A DNA stretch of 64,000 bases from assembly GCA_041596355.1 (NCBI GenBank), contig JBFHIS010000005.1:29430-93429 (forward strand). Direction: 5' to 3'. Below, in pieces: positions 38,342-48,046 of this stretch (position 1 is the first letter of the stretch; every line of letters starts with the position of its first letter). The notes below the pieces were generated by a model, which was given only the letters and a program-made list of their open reading frames with translations, was not told the DNA's origin and searched no databases. Origin of the DNA: Sulfurimonadaceae bacterium (GTDB lineage Bacteria > Campylobacterota > Campylobacteria > Campylobacterales > Sulfurimonadaceae). The position numbers and the translations under genes are program-made.

Positions 38342-39733
38342 TCATAAAGTGGTCAGGGCCTCGATAAGATCATTGGGTGTCAGTGCGTAGCTGTTTTTTT
38401 CAAACTGGTTGGCGGCTGCGGTGTGGGCGAGAGAGGCATGGGCTGCAGCGTGAATAGTGGTATGGCCTTGTGCCATCAGTGATGCGACGAGACCGGCAAG
38501 GACATCACCGCTGCCGCCTTTGGCCAGTATATTGGTACCGTGAGGATTTATATAGAAGGTCTCACACTGTGCGATAATCACGTTGGCCCCTTTAAGCAGC
38601 AGTGTTGCATTAGGATAGGCACGACAGAAGAGTTCAACATAGTGAAAACGGTTGTTTTGTAATTGCTGGACATCAATATCGGCCAGACCACAGACTCGTA
38701 ATATCGTTGTAAACTCTTTAGGATGTGGCGTGAGCACAAGATGTTTGCGTGTCAGCAGTGAGATAAAAAGCGGATGGGCAAAGATGTCGGCATCAAGCAG
38801 AAGCGGCAGCTCATTGTCCAAGAGTGAGAGAAGCTCTTCATTGGAGAACTCTCTACCCAGTCCCATCCCCAAGGCGATAGCAGTGGTCGTCTCGGGCAGA
38901 AAGTGTGACTGCATCAACTCATAAGGGATCCGTTCGAATTCATTACTGATAAGGGTGACGAGCCCTGCACCAAAACGCAGTGCAGCGGAACCTGTCATGA
39001 CGGCAGCCCCCTGTTTTTCGCCGCAGATAACACTGAGATGGCCATACGTGCCTTTATGGCTGTTCTGCTCATAGCGGTGTGGAAGATGGAGATCGTCCAT
39101 GTCCAGAAGTTTCCAGTTGGAAATGCGTTCATAGACTTTTCTACTGACGCCGAGGTCGATGACATAGATGCTGCCTACGATCTCTTTCGCCGCATCGCTG
39201 AACATACCGCGTTTCATGGCACCCATAGTCAAGGTCACATCTGCGATAAAACTCTCCTCTTCCATCGTGCCGTCAAGACGAAGTCCCGAAGGCATATCGC
39301 AGGCGATCTTGTCGGCATTGAGATCGTTCATCGCCTCCAGAAGCTCGCGGGTCTCTTCATCAAAACTGCGGCTGAAACCGCTGCCAAAAAGGGCATCAAC
39401 AAGGATATCGCACTCTTGAAGTTCATCAACGAACTTGACGCCGACAGCATCTGCACGCTCGTACTGCAACTTTGTCATGGCCGATCGTACGCCGAGAGAG
39501 AGGAAAAGAGAAACATCATAATCGCGATGCAGCATGCGTGCAAGAGCGATTCCGTCAGCACCATTATTGCCGGCGCCGCAGACGATACAGATACGCTCAT
39601 GATCATGATACTGGTTATGGATAAAATCGCTCATTCCGTCGGCGGCATGTTCCATCAAGATATCTTCGCTGAGACCGAAGTCGTCATAACAGCGTTGATC
39701 GAGGGAACGGACCTCTGTGAAAAGATTCTGCAT
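38342..39733 (-). CDS. nnr: bifunctional NAD(P)H-hydrate repair enzyme (epimerase/ADP-dependent dehydratase; YjeF N+C domains)
   Basis: 463 aa; N-terminal YjeF-N (ICIVCGAGNNGADG) and C-terminal carbohydrate-kinase-like domain (GGSGDVLAG). Confidence 0.88.
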   Translation of the reverse strand: MQNLFTEVRSLDQRCYDDFGLSEDILMEHAADGMSDFIHNQYHDHERICIVCGAGNNGADGIALARMLHRDYDVSLFLSLGVRSAMTKLQYERADAVGVKFVDELQECDILVDALFGSGFSRSFDEETRELLEAMNDLNADKIACDMPSGLRLDGTMEEESFIADVTLTMGAMKRGMFSDAAKEIVGSIYVIDLGVSRKVYERISNWKLLDMDDLHLPHRYEQNSHKGTYGHLSVICGEKQGAAVMTGSAALRFGAGLVTLISNEFERIPYELMQSHFLPETTTAIALGMGLGREFSNEELLSLLDNELPLLLDADIFAHPLFISLLTRKHLVLTPHPKEFTTILRVCGLADIDVQQLQNNRFHYVELFCRAYPNATLLLKGANVIIAQCETFYINPHGTNILAKGGSGDVLAGLVASLMAQGHTTIHAAAHASLAHTAAANQFEKNSYALTPNDLIEALTTL

Positions 39734-39882
39734 GCGTGTTCCTGCTTATTAATTGCATTATTATAGCCAATGTGAGTGAATAGGGGTGAGTTGAGTTATA
39801 ATACGGTTTATCATAAGAACCAAAGGTTCAATGCATGGGTGGTACGATAGTGCCAACAGCACAATAGAGGAAATAGTTTATA

Positions 39883-40857
39883 ATGAGTCGTAAAAACGAT
39901 TACAGAGCAATTGTCAAAGAGACATTGGAAATCGAAGCTAACACGCTTTTGCAAGCTGCTGAAAAGATCTCTGAAGATCTCGATAAGATCGTAGAGACGA
40001 TTCTGCAATGCAAGGGTAAGTTGATCGTTACCGGTGTCGGTAAGTCCGGGCTGATCGGTGCGAAAATGGCGGCGACTTTTGCCTCGACCGGGACACCCAG
40101 TTTTTTCCTGCACCCAACCGAAGCGATGCATGGTGACTTGGGAATGATCTCAAAAGAGGATGTTGTACTGGCCATCAGTTACAGCGGAGAGAGTGAAGAG
40201 CTCAGCTCGATTTTGCCGCATGTAAAACGGTTTGATATCCCGTTGATCGGTATGACAAAAAACAGCACCTCTACATTGGGTGATTTCAGTGACCTGCTGG
40301 TGACAATCGATGTGAAGAAAGAGGCGTGTCCGCTCGACATCGCACCGACCTCTTCAACAACGCTGACATTGGCTCTCGGAGATGCTTTGGCGGTCTGTCT
40401 GATGAAGGCCCGTGACTTTAAAAAAGAGGATTTCGCCTCGTTCCATCCGGGTGGTTCGTTAGGTCGTCAGCTTTTTGTAAAAGTCAAAGATGTCATGCGG
40501 AAAGAGTCCTTGCCGGTCATCAACATGAAGACGCCGCTTAAAGAAGCGATCGTGAGCATCAGTGAAGGACGTATCGGTACGGTCCTTCTGGTTGATGACA
40601 ATAACAAGTTTACAGGTCTCATCAGTGATGGTGACATTCGCCGTGCGTTGCTGAACAAAGCATTCTCTCTCGAAGAGCCGGCTTCGACGTATGCGACCTT
40701 AAATCCAAAGACAATCGACGACGCAAGCATGCTTGCAAGCGACGCGTTGGTATTGATTGAAAAATATAAGATCCAGCTCCTGGTAGTGGTTGACAAAGAG
40801 AAAAACCTTCTCGGTGCTCTACATCTCCATGATCTGGTTGAAAAGGGAATCGCATGA
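39883..40857 (+). CDS. KpsF/GutQ family sugar-phosphate (arabinose-5-phosphate) isomerase with SIS and tandem CBS domains
   Basis: GKLIVTGVGKSGLIGAKMAATFASTG SIS motif; CBS pair at the C-terminus; 324 aa. Confidence 0.88.
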   Translation: MSRKNDYRAIVKETLEIEANTLLQAAEKISEDLDKIVETILQCKGKLIVTGVGKSGLIGAKMAATFASTGTPSFFLHPTEAMHGDLGMISKEDVVLAISYSGESEELSSILPHVKRFDIPLIGMTKNSTSTLGDFSDLLVTIDVKKEACPLDIAPTSSTTLTLALGDALAVCLMKARDFKKEDFASFHPGGSLGRQLFVKVKDVMRKESLPVINMKTPLKEAIVSISEGRIGTVLLVDDNNKFTGLISDGDIRRALLNKAFSLEEPASTYATLNPKTIDDASMLASDALVLIEKYKIQLLVVVDKEKNLLGALHLHDLVEKGIA

Positions 40858-41807
40858 TGCGACTAAATAAATTTATAGCCCACTACTCTACCTATTCACG
40901 CCGTGAAGCAGATGCCGTGATACAGGCCGGCTACGTCTACGTGGACGGAGAACTGCAGGACAATCCTGCTACCCAGGTTGACGAACGCTACGTCAAAGTC
41001 GTGGTCAGCGGTAAGAAGATCGTTCCGAGCGACCAGTTTACCGTGATCGTCTATAACAAACCCAAGGGAGAGTTGGTGACGAAAAAAGACCCGCGCGGTC
41101 GCCGTATCATCTATGATTCTTTGGACAATAAATATAAACACTTTATTCCGGTAGGCCGTCTTGACTATGCAACAGAGGGACTTCTTCTTTTGACGGATGC
41201 CTCCCGTGTCGCTAACCTTTTGATGACGTCGAATCTTGAACGTGTCTACAAGGTAAAGATCAAAGGGGCTGTCAGCGATGCCATGGAGATGGCGATGAAA
41301 CAGGGCCTTGACCTCGAAGACGCTTCGGCCGGCGGGCATGAACTCAGTGATGTCACTGCAATGCATTTTGCACCGTTCTTTGCCTACAAGATCATTAAAA
41401 ACCAGGGTGACTACTCGAGCTTGAAGATCGCCATCGGCGAGGGGCATAACCGGGAAGTACGTCGTTTCTTCGCCCACTTTGACGCAGAAGTGGTGGACCT
41501 GAAACGTCTCAGTTTCGGCGGGATAGAGTTAAACAATCTTCCAACAGGCAAGACACGCTTTTTAGAGCGCAGTGAGTATGTTCATCTTCGAGAGTTCCTC
41601 GATGCGAGTCGTGACGCGGAGAAGATACAGACAACGGCAGAAAAGGCCCGTAAAGCTCAAATAGAAGAGACGTCTAAAGAGAAAGAATGTGCAGGTGCCA
41701 AGTCGAAACCTAGAGATGGAAAGAGAGAACCAACGCACTCCAAGCCGAAATCTAAAGATAGAAAGCAAGAGAGAGCAAAGGTCACAAAAAAAGATAGCAG
41801 GAAATAA
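40854..41807 (+). CDS. RluB/RsuA-family rRNA pseudouridine synthase with S4 domain and Lys-rich C-terminal tail
   Basis: N-terminal S4 (RLNKFIA..SRREAD); catalytic VGRLDYATEGLLLLTD; 4-nt overlap with the upstream gene. Confidence 0.85.
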   Translation: MMRLNKFIAHYSTYSRREADAVIQAGYVYVDGELQDNPATQVDERYVKVVVSGKKIVPSDQFTVIVYNKPKGELVTKKDPRGRRIIYDSLDNKYKHFIPVGRLDYATEGLLLLTDASRVANLLMTSNLERVYKVKIKGAVSDAMEMAMKQGLDLEDASAGGHELSDVTAMHFAPFFAYKIIKNQGDYSSLKIAIGEGHNREVRRFFAHFDAEVVDLKRLSFGGIELNNLPTGKTRFLERSEYVHLREFLDASRDAEKIQTTAEKARKAQIEETSKEKECAGAKSKPRDGKREPTHSKPKSKDRKQERAKVTKKDSRK

Positions 41808-41815
41808 AAGGCGAG

Positions 41816-43015
41816 ATGGCTGACTTTACCCACCTTTTACGCCCGACCGGTTTTGACAGCGTCTTAGGTCAAGAAGAACTCTGTAGGCCTGATGCTCCTC
41901 TGCGCAGACTCTGTGAAGAGGGAAAGCTGGGACATAGCTTCTTTTATGGTCCTCCCGGTTGCGGCAAGACGACCATTGCCCGTGTTATCGCCAAAGTGAT
42001 GGACCTCCCTTTTTATGAGTTTAATGCCACCTCATTAAAAGTTGAGCAGCTGCGCAAGATCTTTGACCAATATGCCAATGCCTTGCAAAAACCGCTTATC
42101 TTTATCGATGAGGTTCATCGACTGGCGAAGAATCAGCAGGAAGTGTTACTGCCGGTTATGGAAAATAACAGTGTGTTAGTTATCGGTGCTTCGACTGAGA
42201 ACCCGTTTTTCTCATTGACTGCAGCGATGCGTTCGCGTTCGCTTCTTTTTGAATTGAAACCTATCTCTATTGAGGCGCTTGATACACTGTTGAATAAGGC
42301 CTTGGCATCCGAAAAGTTAACTGTTGATGCCGATGCCAGAGAGTATCTTCTGCGTTCATGCGGCGGTGATGCGAGAGGGATGTTAAAACTTTTGGAGTTT
42401 GCTTCTGTTTTAGAGACAAACATCACTTTGGAGATGCTGCACTCTCTGCGTCCCAATGCACAAAGCGGAGGCAGTTCGGAAGCAGGTGTCCATTATGACC
42501 TCGCTTCTGCCATGATCAAGTCCATTCGCGGTTCCGACCCGGATGCTGCGATCTATTATCTGGCACGTCTGATAGAAGGCGGCGAACCGCCGGAGTTTAT
42601 TGCCAGACGTTTGGTTATCCTCGCAAGTGAAGATGTCGGTAACGCCAACCCGCAGGCTTTGACACTCTGTACCTCTACTATGACGTCAGTGAAGATGATA
42701 GGCTATCCTGAATCACGCATTATCCTGGCACAGGCGGTGATCTACCTCTGTGCCTCTCCCAAGTCGAATTCAGCCTACATGGCGATAAACGCCGCACAGC
42801 AGGCAGTCCGCTCCGGAGAACTTCAGGATATCCCTAAACATCTTCAACAGCAGCATATCGGCTACCGCTACCCGCACGATTTCGGCGGCTGGGTCGAGCA
42901 GAACTATATGACGCAGCCGCTGCACTTTGTCGATTTTAAAGCGATCGGGTATGAGAAGAAGATGGGCGAGTGGTTGGATATGATTCGCGGGATAAATATT
43001 CCAAGTCAGAAGTAG
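41816..43015 (+). CDS. rarA: replication-associated recombination protein A (AAA+ ATPase)
   Basis: GPPGCGKTTIARVIA Walker A; IFIDEVHRL; C-terminal MgsA-type domain; 399 aa. Confidence 0.9.
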   Translation: MADFTHLLRPTGFDSVLGQEELCRPDAPLRRLCEEGKLGHSFFYGPPGCGKTTIARVIAKVMDLPFYEFNATSLKVEQLRKIFDQYANALQKPLIFIDEVHRLAKNQQEVLLPVMENNSVLVIGASTENPFFSLTAAMRSRSLLFELKPISIEALDTLLNKALASEKLTVDADAREYLLRSCGGDARGMLKLLEFASVLETNITLEMLHSLRPNAQSGGSSEAGVHYDLASAMIKSIRGSDPDAAIYYLARLIEGGEPPEFIARRLVILASEDVGNANPQALTLCTSTMTSVKMIGYPESRIILAQAVIYLCASPKSNSAYMAINAAQQAVRSGELQDIPKHLQQQHIGYRYPHDFGGWVEQNYMTQPLHFVDFKAIGYEKKMGEWLDMIRGINIPSQK

Positions 43016-43187
43016 CGGTTGGAATTTATAAAGGGAGAAGATCTTTACCAATTATAGAATAGGTGCTTTTCATAAACATATACCTTGTCTGTTTTTCTAT
43101 TATTGTGAGATGAGTATAGTAAATTTGAACAAAGATTTAAAGAGAAAAGTGTTCAAGATAGCAAATCATTGTTGTTAAACCGCGGCG

Positions 43188-43418
43188 CTACTTTTTACAA
43201 TAAACAGCCGCACGGTCCTTGTACGACTGCAGTGTGGCCTGTGCATACTGATCATCACGCATGGTCGCTTCATAGGCAGCAGCTTTGTCTGTAAAAAGTT
43301 TACATAACTCTTTGTTGTTAGTCGGTTCCGGCTTTTCTGTTTTGTGCTCAAAGATAGAGGTGTCTTCTGCAAGAGCGAGCGATAAAAAGATGCCGATCAT
43401 AAAAATAACTTTAGCCAT
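43188..43418 (-). CDS. small secreted protein (hypothetical)
   Basis: Start trimmed to MAKVIFMIGIFLSLALA (signal peptide); about 76 aa; two Cys. Confidence 0.45.
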   Translation of the reverse strand: MAKVIFMIGIFLSLALAEDTSIFEHKTEKPEPTNNKELCKLFTDKAAAYEATMRDDQYAQATLQSYKDRAAVYCKK

Positions 43419-43534
43419 AATAAATCCCTTAATAACATAGTAATTGAAAAGTATAGGCAAGATAAGCTAATAAGCGTCTAAGTTGGTTTTATATAGAAAA
43501 TTTAGTTGTAACCTTACATGTTGATATTTCAGTC

Positions 43535-45049
43535 TCACCGTTCGCGTTTTCTGTAGCTGAGCGCTTCCAGAATATGGCTCTTTGAGATGGTATCGGCACT
43601 GTCCAGATCGGCAATGGTCCGGGCAACTTTCTGGATCTTTTTAATACTGCGAAAAGAGAGTTGATAGCGCAGAATAGCCTGGTCCAAGATAACCTTTGCA
43701 TCGTTCTCCAAGAGACAATATTTGTCGATGCTGCTGTCGTCGAGTTGGCCGTTAAGACACGTTTGGCCTCTTTCTATTTGACGCTTATGGGCATAAAGGA
43801 CCTGTTTGTGCATCGCTTCTGAGCTGTGTGAAGCTTTGTCGTCCGGGTTGACGTTCTGCATCTGGACATAGAGGTCGATCCGGTCTAAAAAAGGGTCGGA
43901 GAGACGGTTCTTATAACGTTGTATCTCACGTTCGGAACAGCGGCAATCCTGAGTGGTACTGAGAAGATTTCCGCAGGGACAGGGATTCATGGCGGCGATA
44001 AAAAGAAAAGAGGTAGGATACTCTACTTTTGTATTGACTCTGGAGATACGGATCTTTTTATCTTCCAAGGGCTCACGGAGGGCTTCAAGGACAGGTTTCT
44101 GAAAGTGCGGAAGCTCATCAAAAAAGAGAATGCCGTTGTGCGCCAAACCTATCTCACCGATCTGTGCCTTGTGGCTGCCTCCGCCAAAGACCGATGCCGG
44201 GGTTGAAGTGTGATGAGGTGACCTGAAAGGGCGCAGGGGAGTGAAATGCGGCTCGACGCCGTCGAGTGAATCCAATTTGGCAATATCAAGAAGTTCATCA
44301 GAGGTGACAGGCGGCAGAATATAGTGCAAGCGTTTAGCGATCATAGATTTGCCACAGCCAGGACTTCCTTCTAAAAGCAGGTTATGGAGACCGCTTGCAC
44401 TGACCAAGGCTGCGCGTTTAGCATTCTCCTGACCCTTAATGTCCAGAAAGTCCAGGGGGTAATGTTTTTGAAAATAGTAGGTCTCTTTATGGACGCTATA
44501 GTGCGGGTGATCAATCTCTGCCGAGTCCTGGCGTACAACTTTCTCCTCGTCACCTCTGAAAAACGCGATGGCATCATTGAGATGTCCGACCCCTATGAAT
44601 TCAATATTGGGAATGTTACGCACCTTGGAGAGGCTCTCTTGAGGAACCAATACCTTCTGCATATGGGCACTGTTGGCCAGCGAGAGTACAAGGGGATAGA
44701 GAAGAGCGTTCTCTTTGACGCTGCCGTCGAGTCCCAGTTCTCCAAAGACATGCCATGAAGAAAGGTCAGTTTCTGCACTGTCAAGTGCGATCAACAGTGC
44801 AATACTAAGGTCGAAGTGTGAACCGTTCTTATTGACATCAGAAGGCGATAAATTGATGGTGATCCTCTTTGGCGGGAAAACAAAATCGTTCGCCAGAAGT
44901 GCAGACTTGACCCGTTCTCTGGCTTCATTAATAGCGGTCGACGCCATACCGACGATGGTAAACGATGGAAGCCCTTTAGTCAGGGTCGACTCAACTGTGA
45001 CAGGAATGGCTTCTATACCTTCTAGGGTGGCGCATTGTAGTTTTTTCAT
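43535..45049 (-). CDS. comM: YifB/ComM family Mg-chelatase-like AAA+ ATPase
   Basis: 504 aa; Lon-like N-domain; LEGSPGCGKSMIAKRL Walker A; ILFFDELPHF; C-terminal domain. Confidence 0.9.
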   Translation of the reverse strand: MKKLQCATLEGIEAIPVTVESTLTKGLPSFTIVGMASTAINEARERVKSALLANDFVFPPKRITINLSPSDVNKNGSHFDLSIALLIALDSAETDLSSWHVFGELGLDGSVKENALLYPLVLSLANSAHMQKVLVPQESLSKVRNIPNIEFIGVGHLNDAIAFFRGDEEKVVRQDSAEIDHPHYSVHKETYYFQKHYPLDFLDIKGQENAKRAALVSASGLHNLLLEGSPGCGKSMIAKRLHYILPPVTSDELLDIAKLDSLDGVEPHFTPLRPFRSPHHTSTPASVFGGGSHKAQIGEIGLAHNGILFFDELPHFQKPVLEALREPLEDKKIRISRVNTKVEYPTSFLFIAAMNPCPCGNLLSTTQDCRCSEREIQRYKNRLSDPFLDRIDLYVQMQNVNPDDKASHSSEAMHKQVLYAHKRQIERGQTCLNGQLDDSSIDKYCLLENDAKVILDQAILRYQLSFRSIKKIQKVARTIADLDSADTISKSHILEALSYRKRER

Positions 45050-45184
45050 GCGGTAAATATATCAGCAAATAACCAAAATAAATATTATTTAGTGTATAAT
45101 TTGTCAATTAGCAATGAAAATGTATTGTTGGATCGAGGTTGACTATGATGTGCGATCTAAAAGGATAGATGAATGGAGAGTAGT

Positions 45185-45280
45185 ATGTTATTGGTCGGTT
45201 TGATCGTTCTTTGTGTCGCAGCATTGGTTGGAATCGCCTCTTATCGACACGCCAACCGCAAGTGGGGAGAGAACCCTTAA
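45185..45280 (+). CDS. candidate 31-aa single-TM small protein (MLLVGLIVLCVAALVGIASYRHANRKWGENP)
   Basis: GGAGAG RBS 5 nt upstream of the ATG; hydrophobic helix plus basic C-terminus; lies between two minus-strand genes; below the track's 60-aa cutoff. Confidence 0.35.
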   Translation: MLLVGLIVLCVAALVGIASYRHANRKWGENP

Positions 45281-45307
45281 GGTCCTCTGTTTAAAGATAG
45301 CCTTTTA

Positions 45308-45895
45308 CTACTTTTGTGGACAACTTGCTTTGATCTCCATAGTAAAACCGACAGTGACATCACTCCATGTCTTGCCTTGGTGTAGGTCGTAACAGGCAGT
45401 ATTGATAGATTGTAGAGCTTTGGACGCTTTAAAGTCCAACAGGTCGATAACACCGTCCGCGCTCAGTTTTCCATTACTGAAACTGTACTTCATCGGGACA
45501 TCGCGCGTGACACCGTTCATGGTGACGGAGACCGTTGCAATACCTGTTTTCTTCTCCTCTTTATCTTTTTTAAGGGTTACGATCTCTGCTTTGATATCGG
45601 GGCCGACCATCTGCTTAAAAAAGTCATTAAGAAGTTTGATGTCACGATCTTTATTGTTGGAGTCGATGCTGGCAACTTCTATGTTGACGCTGGAACCGGC
45701 TAACAGGGTATTAAGGTCTGCTGCACTTTTAACACTGCTTTTATAGTTGACCTTGGTGAAATGGCCGCCGACACCGATTTTCAGAGGTGTTTTAAACGCT
45801 TTAAAGTTCACATCGACGTTAGTCGGCTGGGAAAAGGTGCAATTGGCCTGTGCAAGACTAAGACCAAGAATAAGTGAGAGTAGGATTTTTTTCAT
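45308..45895 (-). CDS. YceI-like periplasmic polyisoprenoid-binding protein
   Basis: Signal peptide; 195 aa; lipocalin-like YceI pattern. Confidence 0.75.
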   Translation of the reverse strand: MKKILLSLILGLSLAQANCTFSQPTNVDVNFKAFKTPLKIGVGGHFTKVNYKSSVKSAADLNTLLAGSSVNIEVASIDSNNKDRDIKLLNDFFKQMVGPDIKAEIVTLKKDKEEKKTGIATVSVTMNGVTRDVPMKYSFSNGKLSADGVIDLLDFKASKALQSINTACYDLHQGKTWSDVTVGFTMEIKASCPQK

Positions 45896-45995
45896 GATAG
45901 TGCTCCATCTTTGAGGGCATTTGTAAATGCCTTTTTTGTTTCGATGATTATATCAGATGAGAGATTTACTATTTTGTGAAGAGAGATGCATTAGT

Positions 45996-46580
45996 CTAGT
46001 AACGGTTACCCTGAGGGGCATTGATAAGGTTGAAAAATTCGGCTCTGGTCTTCTCATCTTTCTTAAAGAGACCGCGGAGTGCACTAGAGGTTGTAGTCGA
46101 GTTGATCTTCTCTACCCCACGCATCTCCATACACATATGGCGTGCCTGAATGACGACGGCTACCCCTTTAGGGTCCAGTGCGTCCATAATGGCTTCGGCG
46201 ATCTGCTCTGTCAATTGTTCCTGGATCTGCATACGGCGTGAAAATATGTCGACAACACGCGGGATCTTGGAGAGACCGACCACTTTTCCATTAGGAATAT
46301 AAGCAACATGCGCCCGTCCGATAATCGGCAGAAGATGGTGTTCACAGGTCGAGTAGAGCTCAATATCTTTTATCAGTACCATTTCGTCATTTGAACTGGT
46401 AAATATAGCAGACTGAAGGACCTCGGTAGGGTTTTCTTTATACCCGCCGTACATAAACTCATAGGCCTTATATACACGTTCCGGCGTTTTTAGAAGACCT
46501 TCACGTTCAGGGTCCTCTCCTACACTTTTCATCATAGTCTTGACGGCAGATTCAAATGCCTCTTGTTCGTTGTTTTTCAC
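45996..46580 (-). CDS. folE: GTP cyclohydrolase I
   Basis: [16 protein letters not shown]...CEHHLLP...GLSKIPR...QERLT-like motifs; 194 aa. Confidence 0.92.
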   Translation of the reverse strand: MKNNEQEAFESAVKTMMKSVGEDPEREGLLKTPERVYKAYEFMYGGYKENPTEVLQSAIFTSSNDEMVLIKDIELYSTCEHHLLPIIGRAHVAYIPNGKVVGLSKIPRVVDIFSRRMQIQEQLTEQIAEAIMDALDPKGVAVVIQARHMCMEMRGVEKINSTTTSSALRGLFKKDEKTRAEFFNLINAPQGNRY

Positions 46581-46748
46581 GTTATCGCTCTGAAGTTTAT
46601 TTGTAGAACAATACCATTAAATCACTGAGAGTCGACTGCTGGCCCTGCATGATGAAGTACAGAAATAATCTATGCTTAAAACTGATTTTAGGTTTTCTAT
46701 TGTTTTATTTTGATATATTACAGCTCTTAACAAACAAAAGGAAACATA

Positions 46749-47378
46749 ATGAGTGAAAATATGACTAGACGTGTTGGACGATTGATTTCCGGCAGTATAA
46801 ACGCTGTAATTGATGCAGCAGAAAATGTCTCTCCCGTAATTGTAATGCAAGAGAGCATTCGTGAAGTCGACCAGGCTATTACGGAAGTACGCCATGAACT
46901 TGGAAAAGTGGTTGTTCAGCAGCATATGACGCAAGATCGTATTAAAAACGAAGAGAACAAACACCAACTGCTGCAAGGTCAGATCGGTGTAGCATTGGAA
47001 GAGAATCGTGAAGACTTAGCCGAAGTCGCGATCTCAAAACAGATGGACATAGAAGCTCAGTTGCCGGTTTTGAAGCACTCCCTGGAAGATGCCGCAAAGC
47101 AGAGTAAAGAGATGGAAGGCTTCATCGCGGCACTACAGGCCAAGAAGCGCGAGATGCAAGAAGAACTGAAACGCTATAAACTCCATACGACAGAGGTTGA
47201 AGGCAACTCAACTGCTGAGCAGATTTCAAAGGCTGAAGCAGCGTTTAACCGCGTTATGGGAACCGACATACCTGTTTCTGGAGGGGCAGATGAAGCGAAA
47301 TTGGCAGAGCTTGAAGCGCTGACGCGTAAAAACCGTATTGAAGAGCGTCTGCGGGCAATGAAAGCCGCCAACGAATGA
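46749..47378 (+). CDS. pspA: PspA/IM30 family protein
   Basis: 209 aa coiled-coil; N-terminal MTRRVGRLISGSINAVIDAAENVSPV typical of PspA. Confidence 0.85.
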   Translation: MSENMTRRVGRLISGSINAVIDAAENVSPVIVMQESIREVDQAITEVRHELGKVVVQQHMTQDRIKNEENKHQLLQGQIGVALEENREDLAEVAISKQMDIEAQLPVLKHSLEDAAKQSKEMEGFIAALQAKKREMQEELKRYKLHTTEVEGNSTAEQISKAEAAFNRVMGTDIPVSGGADEAKLAELEALTRKNRIEERLRAMKAANE

Positions 47379-48031
47379 CACTGATAGCATTTATCAGTGC
47401 TGACCAGAACAGCATTTTTACGATTGCACTAGTATTAATGTTGATGATCGCTGTTCTCGAAGGCGTCTCGACCCTTATCGGGATGGGACTTTCTGAACTT
47501 TTGGAGACTATCCTGCCTGATTTCGACATGGACCTGCCGACGGCGGACGCACCGCAATCCACATTGACCAAGCTATTGGGATGGATTAATTTCGGAAAAG
47601 TACCGGTACTGATCATTTTTGTCTGTTTTCTGACTGCCTTTGGTGTGGTTGGTTACAGTTTGCAGTATCTCATATACTCAATGGGCAGCATATTGATACC
47701 ACAGCTGTTTATTGTTCCGATCGCTGTCATTGTCTCACTCCCATTCGTCCGTCTCTTTACCAATGGTTTGCAGAAGATCATGCCCAAGGATGAGAGCAGC
47801 GCTTTAAGTGAAGAGAGCTTTGTCGGTGCAACTGCGGTTATAACACTGGGCAAGGCGACTACAGGTTCTCCTGCCGAGGCCAAAGTGATTGACAAATATG
47901 GACAGACACACTACTTTATGGTTCAGCCTGATGTGGAGAATGAAACATTCGAACAGGGCGAACAGGTACTACTGCTGCGACCGTCATCAAACGGTTTTTA
48001 TGCTATTAGAAACAGCAAAAATTCACTTTAA
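47375..48031 (+). CDS. YqiJ-like (DUF1449) inner-membrane protein
   Basis: TM-rich N-terminal half and soluble C-terminal OB-like half; 4-nt overlap with pspA; precedes the flotillin gene, as yqiJ precedes yqiK. Confidence 0.6.
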   Translation: MTLIAFISADQNSIFTIALVLMLMIAVLEGVSTLIGMGLSELLETILPDFDMDLPTADAPQSTLTKLLGWINFGKVPVLIIFVCFLTAFGVVGYSLQYLIYSMGSILIPQLFIVPIAVIVSLPFVRLFTNGLQKIMPKDESSALSEESFVGATAVITLGKATTGSPAEAKVIDKYGQTHYFMVQPDVENETFEQGEQVLLLRPSSNGFYAIRNSKNSL

Positions 48032-48046
48032 AAGATAAGGAAAAAT

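Noticed and set aside
46653-46760. 35-codon ORF MMKYRNNLCLKLILGFLLFYFDILQLL... upstream of and overlapping pspA
   Set aside because: It has no RBS, and it overlaps the pspA promoter, RBS and start.
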